A stretch of DNA of 64,000 nt from SAR86 cluster bacterium (GCA_003331645.1 QOPI01000003.1:1883-65882), one strand, 5' to 3'; shown: positions 39,109-50,662, counted from the stretch's first letter. Notes: a model not told the origin generated them from the sequence alone. Numbers and translations: made by a program.

Positions 39109-40937
39109 TAGATTTACAAGAAAGATTTTTAGAAAGGAAAAGTTTTATTTATAGATTATTTTTGGTATATCTAATGTTTGGTTTATTGTTGATTATTATT
39201 TTATATCAAACTTTCCAACTCCAAATTGCAAATTATTCCGAATATGAAATTGCGGCCCTTGAAAATAAAACTCATGAAATGAATATACAGGCAACCAGAG
39301 GCCTCATTTATGATAGAGATGGGAATATTTTAGTAAAGAATATACCGACATTTAATCTTATATCCATTCCAAATAAGATTAATGATCCAGAATTATTTAT
39401 AGAAAACATTAAAGGTTTTATTGACCTTAATGAAGATGAAGAAAATATCTTTTATGAAAAATTTAAGAGTAAAGCTAGATACAATAGAGAGCTTGTAGTT
39501 AAGACTAATTTAAGTGAGGAGCAAATAGCTCGTTTTGAAGTTCGCAAGCATAATTATCCTAATCTTCTAGTTGAAAAGAGATATAGCAGGCATAGCGATT
39601 ATCCAACACTATTATCACATGCGCTTGGCTATATTGGATCTCCATCAGAAGATGAGTTAAGTAATATCTTATCTAAGGCTCTGCATCCTCGGCAAGAGAC
39701 TATATTTAGTTATGCAAATGGCTTTATTGCTGGTAAAACTGGCTTAGAAAAAACGTTTGATAGTACACTAAGAGGAGAATTTGGTGAAAAAGTCTATGAA
39801 GTCGATGCAAGAGGGAAGTTATTAGAAGAAATTAGCCATATAACACCAACTGAAGGCAGAAGTATTTTTACTTCTTTAGATTTAAATTCTCATATTGCTG
39901 CAAATAATGCCTTAAAAGGTCGACGAGGTGCAGTTGTAGCCATAGATATAGATAGTGGAGGTATAGTTACTTTATTTAGTTCGCCATCATATTCTATTAA
40001 TGATTTATCTAATGGTATTTCTACAAATGCATTTGATAATTTAATTAATGATCCAAATAAGCCTTTCTTCAATAGAGCACTAAAAGGACGTTACCCACCA
40101 GCTTCAACAATAAAGCCAGCTTTAGGAATATTTGGTTTGCAAAATCAACTAGTTGATTGGAATTTTTCTATTCAAGACCCTGGATTTTTTACTCTACCTG
40201 AAGATGGAAGGGTGTATCGAGGATGGAAAAAAGGTGGTCATGGCGAGGTAGATTTAGATAAAGCTATTGTGGTAAGTTCAAATACTTATTTCTTTTCACT
40301 CGCATATAGATCAGATATTAATGATTTAACGGAACATTTCTCTAAACTTGGTTTTGGAAAAAAAGTATGTATAGATTGTTTTGATGAAGACGAAGGACTT
40401 ATACCTAATCCGCAGTGGAAGAGAAATAAATTAAATTCTGGATGGGCAAGAGGAGATACAGTTAATCTTGGTGTTGGTCAGGGATATATGGTTGCAACTC
40501 CGATACAGCTCGCATATTACAGCAGCATTCTTGCAAAAAAAGGAAAAACCAAAGAACTATCTCTAGTTCAGTCTTCAATTAATAATTTTACTAATATTGA
40601 TTTAACTAACTTCTCCAAGGGTGATTGGAACAAACTTCACCAATCGATGACTAATGTTATTGATTCACCAATAGGAACCTCAAGAAGATTAAAAGATTTA
40701 AAGTCATTTCAGGTTGCAGGGAAGTCTGGTACAGCTGAATTAGTAAGTTTAGATAGTAAAGAAGATTACTTACTAATTAGAGAAAATGAAGCCCAACGCG
40801 ATCATGCCATAATGATTGCATTTGGGCCTATGCCGGAACCAAAGTATGCAGTAAGTGTTGTTATTGAAAATGGAGAAAGCGGAGGAGCTGTTGCTGGACC
40901 AGTTGCGATATCTGTTTTAAAGGAATTAATTAAATAA
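39105..40937 (+). CDS. mrdA: penicillin-binding protein 2 (elongasome transpeptidase)
   Basis: 610 aa. N-terminal TM helix. SxxK (ASTIKP), SxN (VSSN) and KSGTA motifs. Confidence 0.9.
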   Translation: MIDLQERFLERKSFIYRLFLVYLMFGLLLIIILYQTFQLQIANYSEYEIAALENKTHEMNIQATRGLIYDRDGNILVKNIPTFNLISIPNKINDPELFIENIKGFIDLNEDEENIFYEKFKSKARYNRELVVKTNLSEEQIARFEVRKHNYPNLLVEKRYSRHSDYPTLLSHALGYIGSPSEDELSNILSKALHPRQETIFSYANGFIAGKTGLEKTFDSTLRGEFGEKVYEVDARGKLLEEISHITPTEGRSIFTSLDLNSHIAANNALKGRRGAVVAIDIDSGGIVTLFSSPSYSINDLSNGISTNAFDNLINDPNKPFFNRALKGRYPPASTIKPALGIFGLQNQLVDWNFSIQDPGFFTLPEDGRVYRGWKKGGHGEVDLDKAIVVSSNTYFFSLAYRSDINDLTEHFSKLGFGKKVCIDCFDEDEGLIPNPQWKRNKLNSGWARGDTVNLGVGQGYMVATPIQLAYYSSILAKKGKTKELSLVQSSINNFTNIDLTNFSKGDWNKLHQSMTNVIDSPIGTSRRLKDLKSFQVAGKSGTAELVSLDSKEDYLLIRENEAQRDHAIMIAFGPMPEPKYAVSVVIENGESGGAVAGPVAISVLKELIK

Positions 40938-42034
40938 TGAGATTCATGAAATTCAAGCGCTTCGATTTCTTTTATGATCCATATTTACTATTTTCAATTA
41001 TTTTATTATCTGTAATAGGTTTGATTGTTCTTTATAGTGCAGCTCAAGGCGATCTTAGTATCGTTATTAAACAATCCGTATTTGTCTTCTTCGGTATTCT
41101 TCTTATGATTGGTGTAAGCCAACCTGATCCAGCTTTTTATAAAAATCTATCAGCTTTGTTTTTAATACTTTCAATGATTTTGGTAATTCTAACAATCCTT
41201 TTTGGGAACGAAGTAAATGGAGCAAAACGCTGGCTAAATTTTGGATTTTTCTCTCTGCAGCCATCGGAATTAATAAAAATAGCATTACCTATATATCTTG
41301 CTGCATATCTATATGATAAATCGCTTCCAATTAACCTTAAACATACCTTTATTTCAATAATAATTATAGGAGTTTCTTTTTTTCTTATTGTTTTTCAACC
41401 AGATCTTGGCACAAGCATTGTAGTACTGCTTGCTGGATTTTATGTATTATTTCTTGCGGGCCTCAGCTGGAAATTTATTGGATCTACCGTAGCAATTTTT
41501 ATTTTATCGCTACCTTTTCTATGGAATAACTTATTAGCCCCTTTTCAGAGGCAAAGGGTAGCCACACTTTTCAACCCTGAAGTAGATCCATTTGGAACTG
41601 GTTGGAATATTACACAGTCAAAGATAGCTATTGGATCAGGTGGTATTTTTGGAAAAGGCTATGGATCTGGATCGCAAGCTCATCTTGATTTCCTTCCAGA
41701 AACTAAAACTGATTTTATTTTTGCTGTAATAGCAGAAGAGTTTGGATTTATGGGCGCACTGATTCTTTTTTCTATTTATACATTTATCTTACTTAGATGC
41801 TTTTACTTATCATTTAATGCAAGGGATAGATTCTGCAGATTAACCATAGGAGGGCTTAGCTTAATTTTTATTACTACAATTTTTGTTAATCTAGGCATGG
41901 TGGTAGGAATTCTTCCTGTTGTAGGAATGCCTCTTCCGTTTATAAGCATGGGGGGAACATCATTACTATCTTTCTATATAGCTTTTGGTATTATTATTTC
42001 TATGGCATCACACAAGAAATTAATAAGACAATGA
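40937..42034 (+). CDS. rodA: SEDS-family peptidoglycan glycosyltransferase RodA
   Basis: 365 aa with about 10 TM helices. RWLNFGFFSLQPSELIK and PETKTDFIFAVIAEEFG motifs. Confidence 0.9.
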   Translation: MRFMKFKRFDFFYDPYLLFSIILLSVIGLIVLYSAAQGDLSIVIKQSVFVFFGILLMIGVSQPDPAFYKNLSALFLILSMILVILTILFGNEVNGAKRWLNFGFFSLQPSELIKIALPIYLAAYLYDKSLPINLKHTFISIIIIGVSFFLIVFQPDLGTSIVVLLAGFYVLFLAGLSWKFIGSTVAIFILSLPFLWNNLLAPFQRQRVATLFNPEVDPFGTGWNITQSKIAIGSGGIFGKGYGSGSQAHLDFLPETKTDFIFAVIAEEFGFMGALILFSIYTFILLRCFYLSFNARDRFCRLTIGGLSLIFITTIFVNLGMVVGILPVVGMPLPFISMGGTSLLSFYIAFGIIISMASHKKLIRQ

Positions 42035-43065
42035 AGTATTTTTTATTAATATCAATTCTCTTTACAAGTCCAATATTTACAGATTATTCAGAGCATCCAG
42101 AAGCTCAAGATTTAATAAATGATTTAGTTCAGCAACATGGTTTTGAAAGATCATATGTTATAAAAGTGCTCCAAGCTGCAGAAAAAAAAGATAAGATCCT
42201 AGAATCTGTATCTTCGCCAGCAGAATTTACATGGACATGGGATAGATACAAAAAACTCTTTATTGAAGATAAAAGAATTAGTAATGGAAGAAATTTTTTA
42301 ATTGATAATAGAGTTTTACTTAATAGAGTAGAGAAAGATTTTGGCGTCCCTAGAGAAATAATTACTGCAATCTTAGGAGTGGAAACAAGATATGGAAAGA
42401 TTCAAGGTAATCATAAAGTTTTAGACAGTCTGGCAACATTAGGATTTGATTTTCCTCGCCGTTCAAAATTTTTTAAAAGTGAGTTAATCGAGTTCTTTCA
42501 ATTAACACAAGAGAACAACTTGGACATTCTTTCTGTAGAAGGCTCTTATGCCGGAGCTATGGGGTATGGCCAATTTATATCATCAAGCTATCGGGCATAT
42601 GCAGTTGATTATGATGGAGATGGTTATGCGGACCTTTTTAATTCAGTTCCTGATGCTGTTGCAAGTATTGCTAATTACTTAAAAGTTCATGGCTGGAAGC
42701 CAGAAGGAAAAATTGTTCAAGAGATCAGATTTAACAATGTCAGGAAAACATATAAGCACAATGAGTCTTCTATGAAGTTTATTCCTTTAACTTTTTCTGA
42801 AGGTGTCAATGAAGAATATCTAATTAAAGAAGGTGACTCTTTGCTTGCCATAGCTATAGATAATGATTTAGACATGAATTACTTGATGAAAGCTAATGGT
42901 ATAGATAACCCAAATGACATAAAAAGTGGCCAAAAGCTTTTTTTAAACAAAAAAAAAGATCTTTATTTTATTGGTGATGATAATTTTATTGCAATTACCA
43001 AATATAATATTAGTCACTTTTATGCCATGGCAGTATATTATTTATCTTTAGAATTAAAATTATGA
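42031..43065 (+). CDS. mltB: lytic murein transglycosylase B-type enzyme with an embedded LysM-like segment
   Basis: 344 aa. Catalytic GVETRYG, AGAMGYGQF, C-terminal NFIAITKYNISHFYAMAV. Residues about 263-305 read as LysM (YLIKEGDSLLAIAIDNDLDMNYLMKANGIDNPNDIKSGQKLFL). Confidence 0.85.
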   Translation: MKYFLLISILFTSPIFTDYSEHPEAQDLINDLVQQHGFERSYVIKVLQAAEKKDKILESVSSPAEFTWTWDRYKKLFIEDKRISNGRNFLIDNRVLLNRVEKDFGVPREIITAILGVETRYGKIQGNHKVLDSLATLGFDFPRRSKFFKSELIEFFQLTQENNLDILSVEGSYAGAMGYGQFISSSYRAYAVDYDGDGYADLFNSVPDAVASIANYLKVHGWKPEGKIVQEIRFNNVRKTYKHNESSMKFIPLTFSEGVNEEYLIKEGDSLLAIAIDNDLDMNYLMKANGIDNPNDIKSGQKLFLNKKKDLYFIGDDNFIAITKYNISHFYAMAVYYLSLELKL

Positions 43066-44213
43066 AAAAAATCCTCTCAACCTTAATAGCTTTTCAAGTA
43101 TTTTTTATTCAAGCACAATCTTTTGTACCAAATCCTCCTGAGCTTGACCTAAAGAGTTATATTTTAATAGAGCCAAATACAAATACAGTCATTGCTGAAT
43201 TCAATTCAGATGCCCAAATAGAGCCTGCTAGTATGACAAAAGTTATGACAAGCTATGTTATTGCTGATCAAATAGATAATGATTTAATTCAACTAGAAGA
43301 TAAAGTTTTTATATCAAATAAAGCATGGAAGATGGAAGGCTCTAGAATGTTTATAGAAGCTGGAAAAAGGGTTTCAGTTTCAGATTTGCTTAAAGGTATT
43401 ATTATCCAATCTGGAAATGATGCTTCTGTTGCTTTAGCTGAATATGCAGGTGGAACAGAAGATGGTTTTGTAGATTTAATGAATGCTTATGCTGGATCAC
43501 TAGGACTTAGAAATACTCTTTTCCAAAATTCTACAGGTTTGCCTAACTCAAATCATTTTACTAGCACAGCAGATTTAGCAAAACTTACAGCAAGTTTTAT
43601 TGAGAGGTTTCCAGATCATTACGCAGTATATAAAGAAAAACAATACACTTATAACGACATTAAACAATTAAATAGAAATAGACTTTTATGGAAAGATGAT
43701 TCTTCAGATGGTGTTAAAACAGGCCATACAGAATCAGCAGGCTATTGTTTAATAGGCTCAGCAAAAAGAGGAGATATGAGGCTTATTACTGTAGTTGCAG
43801 GCAGCCCTTCGGACAATGCAAGATTTGATAGCTCTCAAAGGCTTTTAGAGTATGGTTTTAGGTTCTTTGCTACACAAAAACAACTTTCTAAAGATCAAGG
43901 CTTAAAAAGTATAAAAGTATGGGGTGGTCAAAATGAATCTGTAGAAATTGGTTCTGCAGAGGATATATATGTAACTTTACCTAGGATGGCTTTTAAGGAT
44001 TTAACTGTAAATTATAATTATAAAAATAATTTAAAAGCACCAATAACAAAGGGCCAAATAATAGGCTCTATAGATATAGTAAGCCAAGATCAAATTGTCT
44101 CAAGTTCTGAACTAGTTGCACTTGATAATGTTGAAGCGAAAGGTTTCTTCGGTAGATTGTGGTCAACTATTTGGTACTGGGTCCTAAGTTTATTTGGATT
44201 AACAGGTGACTGA
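43062..44213 (+). CDS. dacA: D-alanyl-D-alanine carboxypeptidase (PBP5/6 class)
   Basis: 383 aa. SxxK (ASMTKV), SGN (QSGNDAS), KTGHT. C-terminal amphipathic anchor. Confidence 0.88.
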   Translation: MKKILSTLIAFQVFFIQAQSFVPNPPELDLKSYILIEPNTNTVIAEFNSDAQIEPASMTKVMTSYVIADQIDNDLIQLEDKVFISNKAWKMEGSRMFIEAGKRVSVSDLLKGIIIQSGNDASVALAEYAGGTEDGFVDLMNAYAGSLGLRNTLFQNSTGLPNSNHFTSTADLAKLTASFIERFPDHYAVYKEKQYTYNDIKQLNRNRLLWKDDSSDGVKTGHTESAGYCLIGSAKRGDMRLITVVAGSPSDNARFDSSQRLLEYGFRFFATQKQLSKDQGLKSIKVWGGQNESVEIGSAEDIYVTLPRMAFKDLTVNYNYKNNLKAPITKGQIIGSIDIVSQDQIVSSSELVALDNVEAKGFFGRLWSTIWYWVLSLFGLTGD

Positions 44214-45036
44214 GAATATACAGGCTGTCTACCAAGGCTGCTTTAAAGATCTTAATGAAATTAAAGTCTCGCCAATGAGCCGAGCTTATTTATTCTCCGA
44301 TAGTATTTATGAAGTTATCCCATTTCAAAATAGAAAATTAATATGTCCTCAAGAGCATTTTAGAAGGCTTAGTCATAGCGCTTCAGAATTAAAAATAATT
44401 ATAGATATTCAGAAAGTGCAAGAAGAAGTGTCACATCTTTTTAATAATTCTTCACATGAAGATGGATACATATATTATCAAATCTCAAGAGGAGTAGATG
44501 ACATACGTTCTCATATCTATTCTCCTAATATATCGAATGAAACTTTTGGATATTTAACTCCTATTAAGTTTCTCTCTAAGTCACTTAAAGTAGGCATCTG
44601 CGAAGATATTCGATGGGGAAGATGCGATATTAAGACCACCTCACTCTTGGGCAATGTTATGCAGATGAATAATTTTAATAACCAAAATTGTGATGAAATA
44701 ATAATGCATCGAAATAATATAATCACAGAAGGCGGAGCAAGTAATATTTTCTTTGTTATAGATAAAACTATTTATACACCAAAGCTTTCAAAAAATATTC
44801 TCCCAGGCATTACTAGAGATTTATTAATTGATTTAATAAAGGAAAACAAAATATCTTTTGAAGAAGGAGACTTTCTTATAGATGATTTAACTAAGGCATC
44901 ATCTATTTGGTTCACTAGTTCAACTAAGGGAATAGCTGATGTTACAGAGGTAATAGATTTTAATATTAATCTTGACCCTAACAATGAACTGCTTAAAAAA
45001 TGTAAAGATCTATATAATTTAAAGATTTCTAATTAA
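44206..45036 (+). CDS. class IV (fold type IV) aminotransferase, D-amino-acid transaminase-like
   Basis: 276 aa, GTG start. RCDIKTTSLLGNVM matches the DAAT catalytic-lysine region (RCDIKSLNLLGAV). PabC-type lyase is not excluded. Confidence 0.65.
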   Translation: MTENIQAVYQGCFKDLNEIKVSPMSRAYLFSDSIYEVIPFQNRKLICPQEHFRRLSHSASELKIIIDIQKVQEEVSHLFNNSSHEDGYIYYQISRGVDDIRSHIYSPNISNETFGYLTPIKFLSKSLKVGICEDIRWGRCDIKTTSLLGNVMQMNNFNNQNCDEIIMHRNNIITEGGASNIFFVIDKTIYTPKLSKNILPGITRDLLIDLIKENKISFEEGDFLIDDLTKASSIWFTSSTKGIADVTEVIDFNINLDPNNELLKKCKDLYNLKISN

Positions 45037-46024
45037 CATCTAATCTACAAATCATAGACTCTAGTTCTAACCAAAAATCTTTCTTTATCATACCTTTTAA
45101 GGCAAGCTCAAGATCGTAAATATTTCTTTGCATAATATCAAGATCATTATCAGATTGTTTTTTTATAAATGACATATAGTCATTAATCTTTGATTGCCAA
45201 ACACCATTATTCTTCAGAAATAACTGAGGTTTTGCTTCTCTAGAAGCCAAAAATGCAAGAGTTGTTATTTTACTAATTATCCAAATTAGCAATGGCCCAC
45301 TATAACTATCAGCTTTCCTTAAAGATTTAATTATCTCAATTGCTTTTGAAGTTCTTCCTTGTAAGATTGCGTCTTCAAGTTCAAATGGACTAAATTCTGA
45401 TGAATTAACCATATGATTTCTTATGTCATCTATATCTTTAGCATTTTCTTGATTACGTAAATATAATAACTTTAAGAGCTCAATTTCATTTTGTTGTGCA
45501 ACTAGATTACCTGAGTTCATATCAGATAAGAGTTTTGCAATATCTGATCTATAATCTTGCGGAATAAAATTTAAGTTCTTTTTGAGCCAAATCTGTTCTT
45601 CAAATGATTTTAGTTTCTTGCATTCAACAATAAGAGAGGATTGATCCATTTTTTTTGCCCAATTCGAAGACAGGCTTAATTTTTCAATATGAGTATTTAT
45701 AATGATACTAATATTTTTATAATTATTTATATCCTCATTGAATATTGAAGTAATAGTTTCAGGTATTTTCCCTGATCCATGTTTTAACTCTAAAATTATA
45801 TTAGATCCAAATAATGATCCGCCTGCATTTGCTGCTATTGTTGATTTAATGTCATTAAAATCTTCATCATTTAAGACAATTTTTTCTTCAAAATTTCTTG
45901 TTTTAAGTTTTTCTAGTATTCTTGAGCGAACATGATTTTTAAGAATAATCTCAGAACCAAAAATAAAAAAAATATTACTAGATTTATCTAGGAACTTGCC
46001 CAGATTAATGGCTTCACATTTCAA
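45029..46024 (-). CDS. holA: DNA polymerase III delta subunit
   Basis: 331 aa. Position in the leuS-lptE-holA array and N-terminal FIFGSEIIL pattern. Sequence is divergent. Confidence 0.7.
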   Translation of the reverse strand: MKCEAINLGKFLDKSSNIFFIFGSEIILKNHVRSRILEKLKTRNFEEKIVLNDEDFNDIKSTIAANAGGSLFGSNIILELKHGSGKIPETITSIFNEDINNYKNISIIINTHIEKLSLSSNWAKKMDQSSLIVECKKLKSFEEQIWLKKNLNFIPQDYRSDIAKLLSDMNSGNLVAQQNEIELLKLLYLRNQENAKDIDDIRNHMVNSSEFSPFELEDAILQGRTSKAIEIIKSLRKADSYSGPLLIWIISKITTLAFLASREAKPQLFLKNNGVWQSKINDYMSFIKKQSDNDLDIMQRNIYDLELALKGMIKKDFWLELESMICRLDVN

Positions 46025-46463
46025 TTAATCTTACCTCAAAAATAATTTGCTGAACCAACTCCTTTTGAATAGACTCTTCTAAACTTTTGATTGTTTGATT
46101 TTCAGCCAAAGGATTTAATTCAGATATACTAAAATTTCTCATCACAGTTAATTTTTTATTTATAGTGCCGCTCGGATTTGAAATACTAATCATCAATTCA
46201 CCTTTCAGCTCTCCTTGAAGAGCTCGAATCGATGAGCCGCCATAAATTTTTCTTTCTTTTATTTGATAATTTTTTAGAATCAAGTTTTTATTACTTGATG
46301 CATTTATTTCAAGATTTTCTAATTCAGTTCTTACTATAAAAGGAACGCTTTCTTCAAAAGATATTGCATTTACATTTATAAATTTTTGATTTATCAGAGG
46401 CTCATAGCCACATCCCAATAGAGAAAGGGATAAGAATAAAATAGCTCTAAAGTTTTTCATCAT
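46014..46463 (-). CDS. lptE: LPS assembly lipoprotein LptE
   Basis: 149 aa. Lipobox LSLLGCG. Conserved position between leuS and holA. Confidence 0.7.
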   Translation of the reverse strand: MMKNFRAILFLSLSLLGCGYEPLINQKFINVNAISFEESVPFIVRTELENLEINASSNKNLILKNYQIKERKIYGGSSIRALQGELKGELMISISNPSGTINKKLTVMRNFSISELNPLAENQTIKSLEESIQKELVQQIIFEVRLIEM

Positions 46464-46479
46464 TTCTTATAATAGCAAT

Positions 46480-48885
46480 CTAAATAACAAAATTTATAAT
46501 CTTTTCTTTTATATAAATAACTTTTTTAATTTTATTGTCAGCAATGGTGCTTGAGACATTTTCAATTTCTAAAACCTTGGATTCAATCTCTTTTTCATTA
46601 AGTTCTTTACTAATAATTGTCTTTCCTCTTACCTTCCCATTAATTTGAACCACTATTTCAAATTCTTGGACTTCTAGCAGGTCCTCATTATGCTCTGGCC
46701 ACCATGCATCTATATCCATGTCATCAATAAAAAACTTGCACCAGAGATACTCAGTTATATGAGGTGTAATTGGAGAGAGCATTTTTAAAATAAATATCAC
46801 CGCTTCATCAACGCAAAATTTTTGAGCATCCGAAGCTGAATCATCTTTAAATTCATCTGGTATGAAATTAAGAAGCTCCATAACCGATGCTATTGCAGTA
46901 TTAAAAGCAAAACGCACCTCATAATCGTTAGTAACTTTTTTTAGTGTTGCATGTGATTTACGTCTTAACGCTAATTCTTCTTTCGTAAACTTAAAGTCGT
47001 CACTTAGCTCATTATATTTTCTCTCTGCAATCAAATTCCAAATCTTTTTAAGAAATCTCGATGCTCCTTCAACCGAAGACTCGCTCCATTCTAAACTTTG
47101 CTCAGGTGGAGCAGTAAACATCATATAAAGTCGTATGGTATCCGCACCATATTTATCTATATACGACTGAGGATCAACAGTATTTCCTTTTGATTTGGAC
47201 ATTTTTGCCCCATCTTTTAAGACCATACCCTGAGTAAGCAATTTTTTAAAAGGCTCATCACTCTTGACCATATCAAGATCCCTAAGAGCCTTATGAAAAA
47301 ATCTTGAATATAAAAGATGTAATATTGCATGCTCAATACCGCCAATATATAAGTCTACAGGCAGCCAATAATCAGAATCCTTACTAAAGATTGCATCATT
47401 ATTATCTGCTGAAGGAAATCTAGCGTAATACCATGAAGAATCCATAAAAGTATCAAATGTATCAGCCTCTCTCAAAACATTTTCAGATATTTTTATGAAA
47501 TTTTCGTTCTTGCTTAATGGGAGGGGAGGTGAATTTTTTTCTAATTTAGGTAATTCTACCGGCAGTTCATTCTCATTTAAGAGTCTTGGAGTTCCATCCT
47601 CATAGACTACTGGAATTGGACAACCCCAATATCTTTGCCTACTGATACCCCAATCTCTGAGTCTAAATTGAATCAACTCCTGACCAAGGTCATTTTCTTG
47701 GAGGTATTCTATTATTCTTTTTATAGCATCAGCTGAATTCATTCCATTGAATTGATTTGAATTTATTAAAAGGCCTTTTTCTAAAACAGGTAATTCATTA
47801 TCTTCAGTTTTTATAACCTGATTTATTTCAATTTTGTATTTTTTTGCAAATTCATAGTCTCTTTGGTCGTGTCCAGGCACTCCCATAACGACCCCAGTTC
47901 CATAATCTAATAAAACAAAATTGCCAATCCAAACTGGTATTAATTCTTTTGTTATTGGGTGTATCACCTTTATATCAGTTTTAAAACCTAATTTTTCAGC
48001 CTTAGCCATATCAGCCTCTGCTGCTGAGGTCTCTTTACATTGCGATAGAAATTTTTTAATAGAATCATTTTCTTTAGCTAAATCAGTAGCCATTTGGTGG
48101 TTTGGTGATATGGCTATAAATGAGACGCCAAAGATAGTGTCCGGTCTAGTAGTAAATGCAGTTAAATAATTATCTGAATCTTCAATTTTGTATTTAATTT
48201 CAGCCCCACTAGATTTACCAATCCAGTTTTTTTGCATGGTCTTAACATTTTCTGGCCAATCTAAGTCATCCAAAGAAGATAACAACTCATCTGCATAATC
48301 AGTAATTTTTAAAAACCACTGGTCAATTTCTTTGATTTCTATTTGTGCACCAGACCTCCAGCCTTTTCCATCAATTACTTGTTCATTAGCAAGAACTGTA
48401 TTATCAACCGGATCCCAATTTACAACTGCTTTTTTTCTGTAAACTAACCCTTTATCAGCAAATTTCTTAAATATTAGTTGTTCCCATTTATAGTAGCTTG
48501 TATCGCAGGTTTTAAGCTCTTTAGACCAGTCATAACTTAGACCTAACGATTTAAGTTGAGTCTTCATATTTTCAATATTTTCACGAGTCCACTCATCAGG
48601 ACTTACTTTATTAGCAATAGCAGCATTTTCTGCAGGCAATCCAAATGCATCCCAGCCCATAGGTTGAAATACATTAAAATTATTCATTCTTTTGTATCTG
48701 GATATAACATCTCCAATTGTGTAGTTTCTAACATGACCCATATGCAATTTGCCAGATGGATAAGGAAACATAGACAAACAATAAAATTTCTCTCTATCAT
48801 CAGCTTGAACTTCATATTTTTTTTGTTCTTCCCAAGATGCCTGAATTTCTTTTTCTAGGAGATCTGGTTGATATCGCTTGATCAT
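46480..48885 (-). CDS. leuS: leucine--tRNA ligase
   Basis: 801 aa. HMGH and KMSKS motifs. CP1 editing-domain motifs TTRPDT and [19 protein letters not shown]. Confidence 0.93.
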   Translation of the reverse strand: MIKRYQPDLLEKEIQASWEEQKKYEVQADDREKFYCLSMFPYPSGKLHMGHVRNYTIGDVISRYKRMNNFNVFQPMGWDAFGLPAENAAIANKVSPDEWTRENIENMKTQLKSLGLSYDWSKELKTCDTSYYKWEQLIFKKFADKGLVYRKKAVVNWDPVDNTVLANEQVIDGKGWRSGAQIEIKEIDQWFLKITDYADELLSSLDDLDWPENVKTMQKNWIGKSSGAEIKYKIEDSDNYLTAFTTRPDTIFGVSFIAISPNHQMATDLAKENDSIKKFLSQCKETSAAEADMAKAEKLGFKTDIKVIHPITKELIPVWIGNFVLLDYGTGVVMGVPGHDQRDYEFAKKYKIEINQVIKTEDNELPVLEKGLLINSNQFNGMNSADAIKRIIEYLQENDLGQELIQFRLRDWGISRQRYWGCPIPVVYEDGTPRLLNENELPVELPKLEKNSPPLPLSKNENFIKISENVLREADTFDTFMDSSWYYARFPSADNNDAIFSKDSDYWLPVDLYIGGIEHAILHLLYSRFFHKALRDLDMVKSDEPFKKLLTQGMVLKDGAKMSKSKGNTVDPQSYIDKYGADTIRLYMMFTAPPEQSLEWSESSVEGASRFLKKIWNLIAERKYNELSDDFKFTKEELALRRKSHATLKKVTNDYEVRFAFNTAIASVMELLNFIPDEFKDDSASDAQKFCVDEAVIFILKMLSPITPHITEYLWCKFFIDDMDIDAWWPEHNEDLLEVQEFEIVVQINGKVRGKTIISKELNEKEIESKVLEIENVSSTIADNKIKKVIYIKEKIINFVI

Positions 48886-50228
48886 ATTTCTTTTAAGAAT
48901 TCCTTTTCTAAATAACTTATTGTATGTTCGTTTTTATTGAATACTTCATCATGCATTAGCTTTTGATGCAAGGAATGATTAGTTTCAATTCCTTCAACAA
49001 AAAATTCATCAAGGGCGCTAACCATCCTTCTAATACATGAACTTCTCGAGTTAGCTGAAGTAATAATTTTTGCTAACAAAGAATCATAATATGGCGGGAC
49101 TTCGTAACCTGAATATATATGCGAATCAAATCTTACTCCAAAACCTCCTGGTGGATGCATTTTACTTATTAATCCGGGTGAAGGAGTAAATGTAGAAGGA
49201 TTTTCTGCATTTATTCTGCACTCTATAGCATGACCCCTAAAAGAAATTCTAGATTGTTCTAGGAACATTGGCATATCAAGAGCAATTTTTAATTGAGCTT
49301 TAACTAAATCAAAGCCTGTTATCATTTCAGAAACAGGATGTTCTACTTGTATTCTAGTATTCATCTCTATGAAATAAAATGTATTATTCTCATAAAGAAA
49401 TTCCAAAGTTCCCACCCCTTCATAATTAATGTCTCTGCAAAGTTTTATGCAAGAGTCAAGAGTATTCTGAAGTGATTCATCATCAAGATTGGATGCTGGA
49501 GCTTCCTCAATAATTTTTTGATGTCTTCTTTGAATACTGCAGTCCCTTGTTCCTAGGTGAATAGCATTTCCATTCCCATCACCGACAACTTGAACTTCAA
49601 TGTGTCTTGGATCAGAAATAAACTTTTCAAGATAAACAATATTATTACCAAAAGCATTCTTGGCTTCTTGCTTTGTTATTTCTATGCCATTAATTAAATC
49701 CTTTTCAGATTCGATAAGTCTCATACCTCTTCCACCACCTCCTGCAGTAGCCTTGATCATTAATGGGTAACCGATCTTATTACCAATCATCATTATTTCA
49801 TCTTGGCTATCTGGAAGATCGTCTTTATAACCTGGCACTATTTGAATTCCAGCTTTTTCGGCAATATTTTTGGCAGTAATTTTATCTCCCATTAATTTTA
49901 TAGTTTTAGAATTTGGACCAATAAATTTAAAACCACTTTCTTCACATTTTTCAGCAAAAGTATAATCTTCTGCTAAGAAACCATACCCAGGATAAATAGC
50001 ATCAACATTTGTTAATTCTGCTGCAGCAAGAATAGACGGAACATTTAAATAACTTTCTATTGGATTTGCTGGCCCAATACAAACTGTCTCATCAGCAAAC
50101 TTTAGATGTTTGAGATTTTTATCTCCTAGAGAGTAAACAGCAACAGTTTTAATATCTAATTCTTTGCAAGCTCTAATTGCTCGAAGAGCTATCTCCCCTC
50201 TATTGGCAATTAATACTTTATGAGACAT
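48882..50228 (-). CDS. accC: acetyl-CoA carboxylase biotin carboxylase subunit
   Basis: 448 aa. [17 protein letters not shown]-terminus, ATP-grasp [20 protein letters not shown]. Confidence 0.93.
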   Translation of the reverse strand: MSHKVLIANRGEIALRAIRACKELDIKTVAVYSLGDKNLKHLKFADETVCIGPANPIESYLNVPSILAAAELTNVDAIYPGYGFLAEDYTFAEKCEESGFKFIGPNSKTIKLMGDKITAKNIAEKAGIQIVPGYKDDLPDSQDEIMMIGNKIGYPLMIKATAGGGGRGMRLIESEKDLINGIEITKQEAKNAFGNNIVYLEKFISDPRHIEVQVVGDGNGNAIHLGTRDCSIQRRHQKIIEEAPASNLDDESLQNTLDSCIKLCRDINYEGVGTLEFLYENNTFYFIEMNTRIQVEHPVSEMITGFDLVKAQLKIALDMPMFLEQSRISFRGHAIECRINAENPSTFTPSPGLISKMHPPGGFGVRFDSHIYSGYEVPPYYDSLLAKIITSANSRSSCIRRMVSALDEFFVEGIETNHSLHQKLMHDEVFNKNEHTISYLEKEFLKEI

Positions 50229-50229
50229 T

Positions 50230-50661
50230 TCACTCTATGATTATTAGGGTTTGATCAAATTCTACAGGTTGACCATCACTAGGAAGAATAGAAATTATTT
50301 TTCCGGAATATTCAGATTTAATTTCATTCATCATTTTCATAGCTTCTACAATACATACGACATCACCTTCACTAACAGTGTCACCAATGTTCACAAAAGG
50401 CGGTTTTTCAGGACTAGGTTTACGATAAAATGTGCCCACGATTGGAGATTTTATGATGTTACCTATAATCTCAGTGTTAGATTCTATCGGATCCTGATTA
50501 GTTGCTGCTTGAGATTGATCAGTATTAGATATGCTTGTAGAAATATCATTACTATTTCCTTTAGATATTCTTACCGATTCTTCACCTTGACTAACTTCAA
50601 TCTCATTGAGATCTGATTGTTCAAGCATATGAATTAGCTTTTTAATTTTTCTAATATCCAT
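50230..50661 (-). CDS. accB: biotin carboxyl carrier protein
   Basis: 143 aa. Biotinylation motif [10 protein letters not shown]. Confidence 0.92.
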   Translation of the reverse strand: MDIRKIKKLIHMLEQSDLNEIEVSQGEESVRISKGNSNDISTSISNTDQSQAATNQDPIESNTEIIGNIIKSPIVGTFYRKPSPEKPPFVNIGDTVSEGDVVCIVEAMKMMNEIKSEYSGKIISILPSDGQPVEFDQTLIIIE

Positions 50662-50662
50662 A

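Noticed and set aside
46480-48885. LeuS is only 801 aa, shorter than the roughly 860 aa I recall for E. coli. Could the editing domain be lost?
   Set aside because: The CP1 editing motifs TTRPDT and [19 protein letters not shown] are present. The shortening appears to come from peripheral insertions and fits general protein shrinkage in streamlined genomes.
50251-50616. 121-aa plus-strand ORF antisense to accB. The same applies to other long shadow ORFs: 5393-5647, 6680-6994, 21606-21923, 31810-32205, 32473-32775, 38284-38559, 48556-48858, 61436-61863, 62454-62762 and 63251-63541.
   Set aside because: All lie wholly inside strongly supported genes on the opposite strand and have low-complexity or odd composition without recognisable motifs. 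These are typical antisense shadow ORFs of AT-rich DNA.
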